NCBI RefSeq assembly: GCF_018350175.1 | Contig: NC_058368.1 | Location: forward strand, 183,274,001-183,338,000 | Reading direction: 5' to 3' | Source: Felis catus | Lineage: Eukaryota | Length of the DNA stretch: 64,000 bases | In this document: one piece after another, positions 62,404-64,000 of the stretch | How the letters are laid out: every line of letters starts with the position of its first letter | How positions within the stretch are numbered: position 1 is the first letter of the stretch | Made by a program: the position numbers and the translations under genes | Notes under the pieces: model-generated | What the model saw: only the letters and a program-made list of their open reading frames with translations | The model's database searches: none | What the model was told of the DNA's origin: nothing

Positions 62404-62947
62404 ATTTAAACCTAAACATGCCAATAACTACTTTAAAATAAGTAGTCATAGGGCTCCCAGTTAAAATGCCAAAATTATCAAATTGGATAAAAAAGCATAA
62501 TCTGTCTAGGTTCTACCTATAAGTAACATACCTTAAATATGAAATCACTAATAGACACAAAGTAAAAAAAAAAAAATAGAAAGTGATATTAAATACTAGT
62601 AGTAATCTAAAGGAAGCTAGAATTGCTATCATAGTATCAGACAAAGACAATTTTTTTTTAGACAAAAACAATTTTAGATCAAGTAAGATTACCAGGGATA
62701 TAAAGAGGTTATTTTTATAAATGATAGAGATTGATTAATCAGGAGAATGTAAAATTTCTTAATTCTGTGGCACTAATAACAAAGTTTCAAAATACACGGA
62801 ATGGAATGAATACAAAACTTCAAGGATAAATTCATAATAAGAATGAAAGATTTCATCCAGTATCAGATTTCAATAAATGAAACAATAAGTAGGCAGAAAA
62901 ATAGTAAAGTTATAGAAAATTTAAACAACCAATCAACAACTCTTTAT

Positions 62948-63162
62948 TTTTTTTAAGTTTATCATAAATAAATAAACTTTTAGAGAGAGAGAGAGTAGCA
63001 TGAGCAGGGGAGGGGCAGAGAGAGAAAGAGAGAGAGAATCCCAAGCAGGCTCCATACAGTGAATGGAGCTCAAGGAAGGGCTTGATCTCAGGAAGCCTGA
63101 GATCATGACCTGGTCCGAAATCTGAGAGTTGGACACTTAACTGACTGAACCAACCAGGCGCC
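62948..63162 (-). mobile_element. CanSINE, older subfamily
   Basis: TSD caacaactctttat at 62934-62947 and 63163-63176. Confidence 0.93.
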
Positions 63163-64000
63163 CAACAACTCTTTATATTGCCATTATGAAACACTCTATC
63201 CAATGACAACAGAACACTCAGTCTTCAGAAGTACATACCAAACATTTACCAAGATATTCATATTGGTTCCACAAGACAAGTCTCATTAAACTTAAAAGGC
63301 CTTAAGGTATACAAAGTTTGTTCTATGACCACAATGGCATTAAATTAGAAATTGAAAACTGAAAAATCTCTGGAAAAAACTCTTGGAATTTGTAAACTAG
63401 ATAAAATATCTTCAAATAACCCATGAGCCAAAAAATAATTAAAAATAAAAAGTGGTACATATTTTGTGCTGAACAAAAATGAAAATATAACTTAGTAAAC
63501 ATGATGGATGTTGATGAAGCAATACTTAGGGGAATATTTACAAAATTAAAAACCTATGTTAGAAAAGAAGAAAGTGTTAGATTAATAACTTCAGTATCAA
63601 TACTGTAAGAAGGTAGAAAAATAAGAGAAAATGAAATCCAACTTAGAAATATAAAGTAATAAAGATAAAGTGGGGGTTACTTGTATATAACACAGAAAAA
63701 TTTATATTTAAAAACCAAAGAAACCCAAAACTGGTTACTTGAGAAGATTACTGAAATAGGCCACTCATTTCCTAAGCCAATCAGGAAAAAAGGAGATGGC
63801 AGAAATGTATCAGTATCAAGAATGAGAGAAGTGGCATTACAACAAAAATTTTACAGAAATGAAAAACACCAAGAAATATTATAAAAACCTTTTTGCCGAT
63901 AAAATTCATGCTTAGATGAAAAGGGAAAAAGTCCTTGAAAGATAAAATTACCAAAGTTCGCTGAAGAAGAAATATAGTAATCAGAATAGCCTTACATCTG

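Larger units (their letters stand above)
62040..64000 (+). mobile_element. Old L1M ORF2 5' (endonuclease) region; contains two SINEs and runs off the window end
   Basis: aattggataaaaaagca...aaggaagctagaattgctatcatagtatcagacaaag...ttctatgaccacaatggcattaaattagaa. Confidence 0.8.

Noticed and set aside
6955..63162. SINE heads as tRNA genes, or SINE/tandem repeats as a CRISPR-like array
   Set aside because: The A/B boxes belong to tRNA-derived CanSINEs with (CT)n, A-tails and TSDs; copies are dispersed with no repeat-spacer periodicity; the DNA is eukaryotic
1544..63884. ORF-track entries as host protein-coding genes
   Set aside because: All are 145 aa or shorter. They are low-complexity microsatellite translations, SINE read-throughs (e.g. 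GAWVAQSVK), TE remnants or unrecognisable; no consistent exon chain

Overview
AT-rich, CpG-poor mammalian genomic DNA from a carnivore, almost certainly a felid: it carries 23 tRNA-derived CanSINEs (most of the feline SINEC_Fc type) and feline/carnivore L1 3' ends. I find no protein-coding host gene, RNA gene or CpG island. The ORF track is almost entirely spurious frames through SINEs, microsatellites and decayed TEs, so the window is intergenic or deep intronic. TE inventory: L1 of several ages, L2, L3/CR1, MIR, MaLR (MLT1) LTRs, an internally deleted ERVL provirus with integrase and dUTPase remnants, an LTR16-like LTR split by a 1.25-kb internally deleted Tigger/pogo transposon, a 539-bp solo LTR, and MER5/MER20/MER58 hAT elements. 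Best non-routine observations: (1) a 72-bp inverted repeat bracketed by a 10-bp direct repeat at 2.3-3.0 kb; (2) the Tigger element with intact TIRs and a DDE-deleted transposase; (3) a copy of the ERVL's own host/5'-LTR junction inside its pol region; (4) two inverted SINEs fused tail-to-tail by a deletion; (5) a ~35-bp L1 insertion; (6) an identical 16-bp CTCF-type motif in divergent orientation 23 kb apart. I see no evidence of a new multi-gene system. TE subfamily names are recalled from consensus sequences and need RepeatMasker/Dfam confirmation; boundaries of old elements are approximate.
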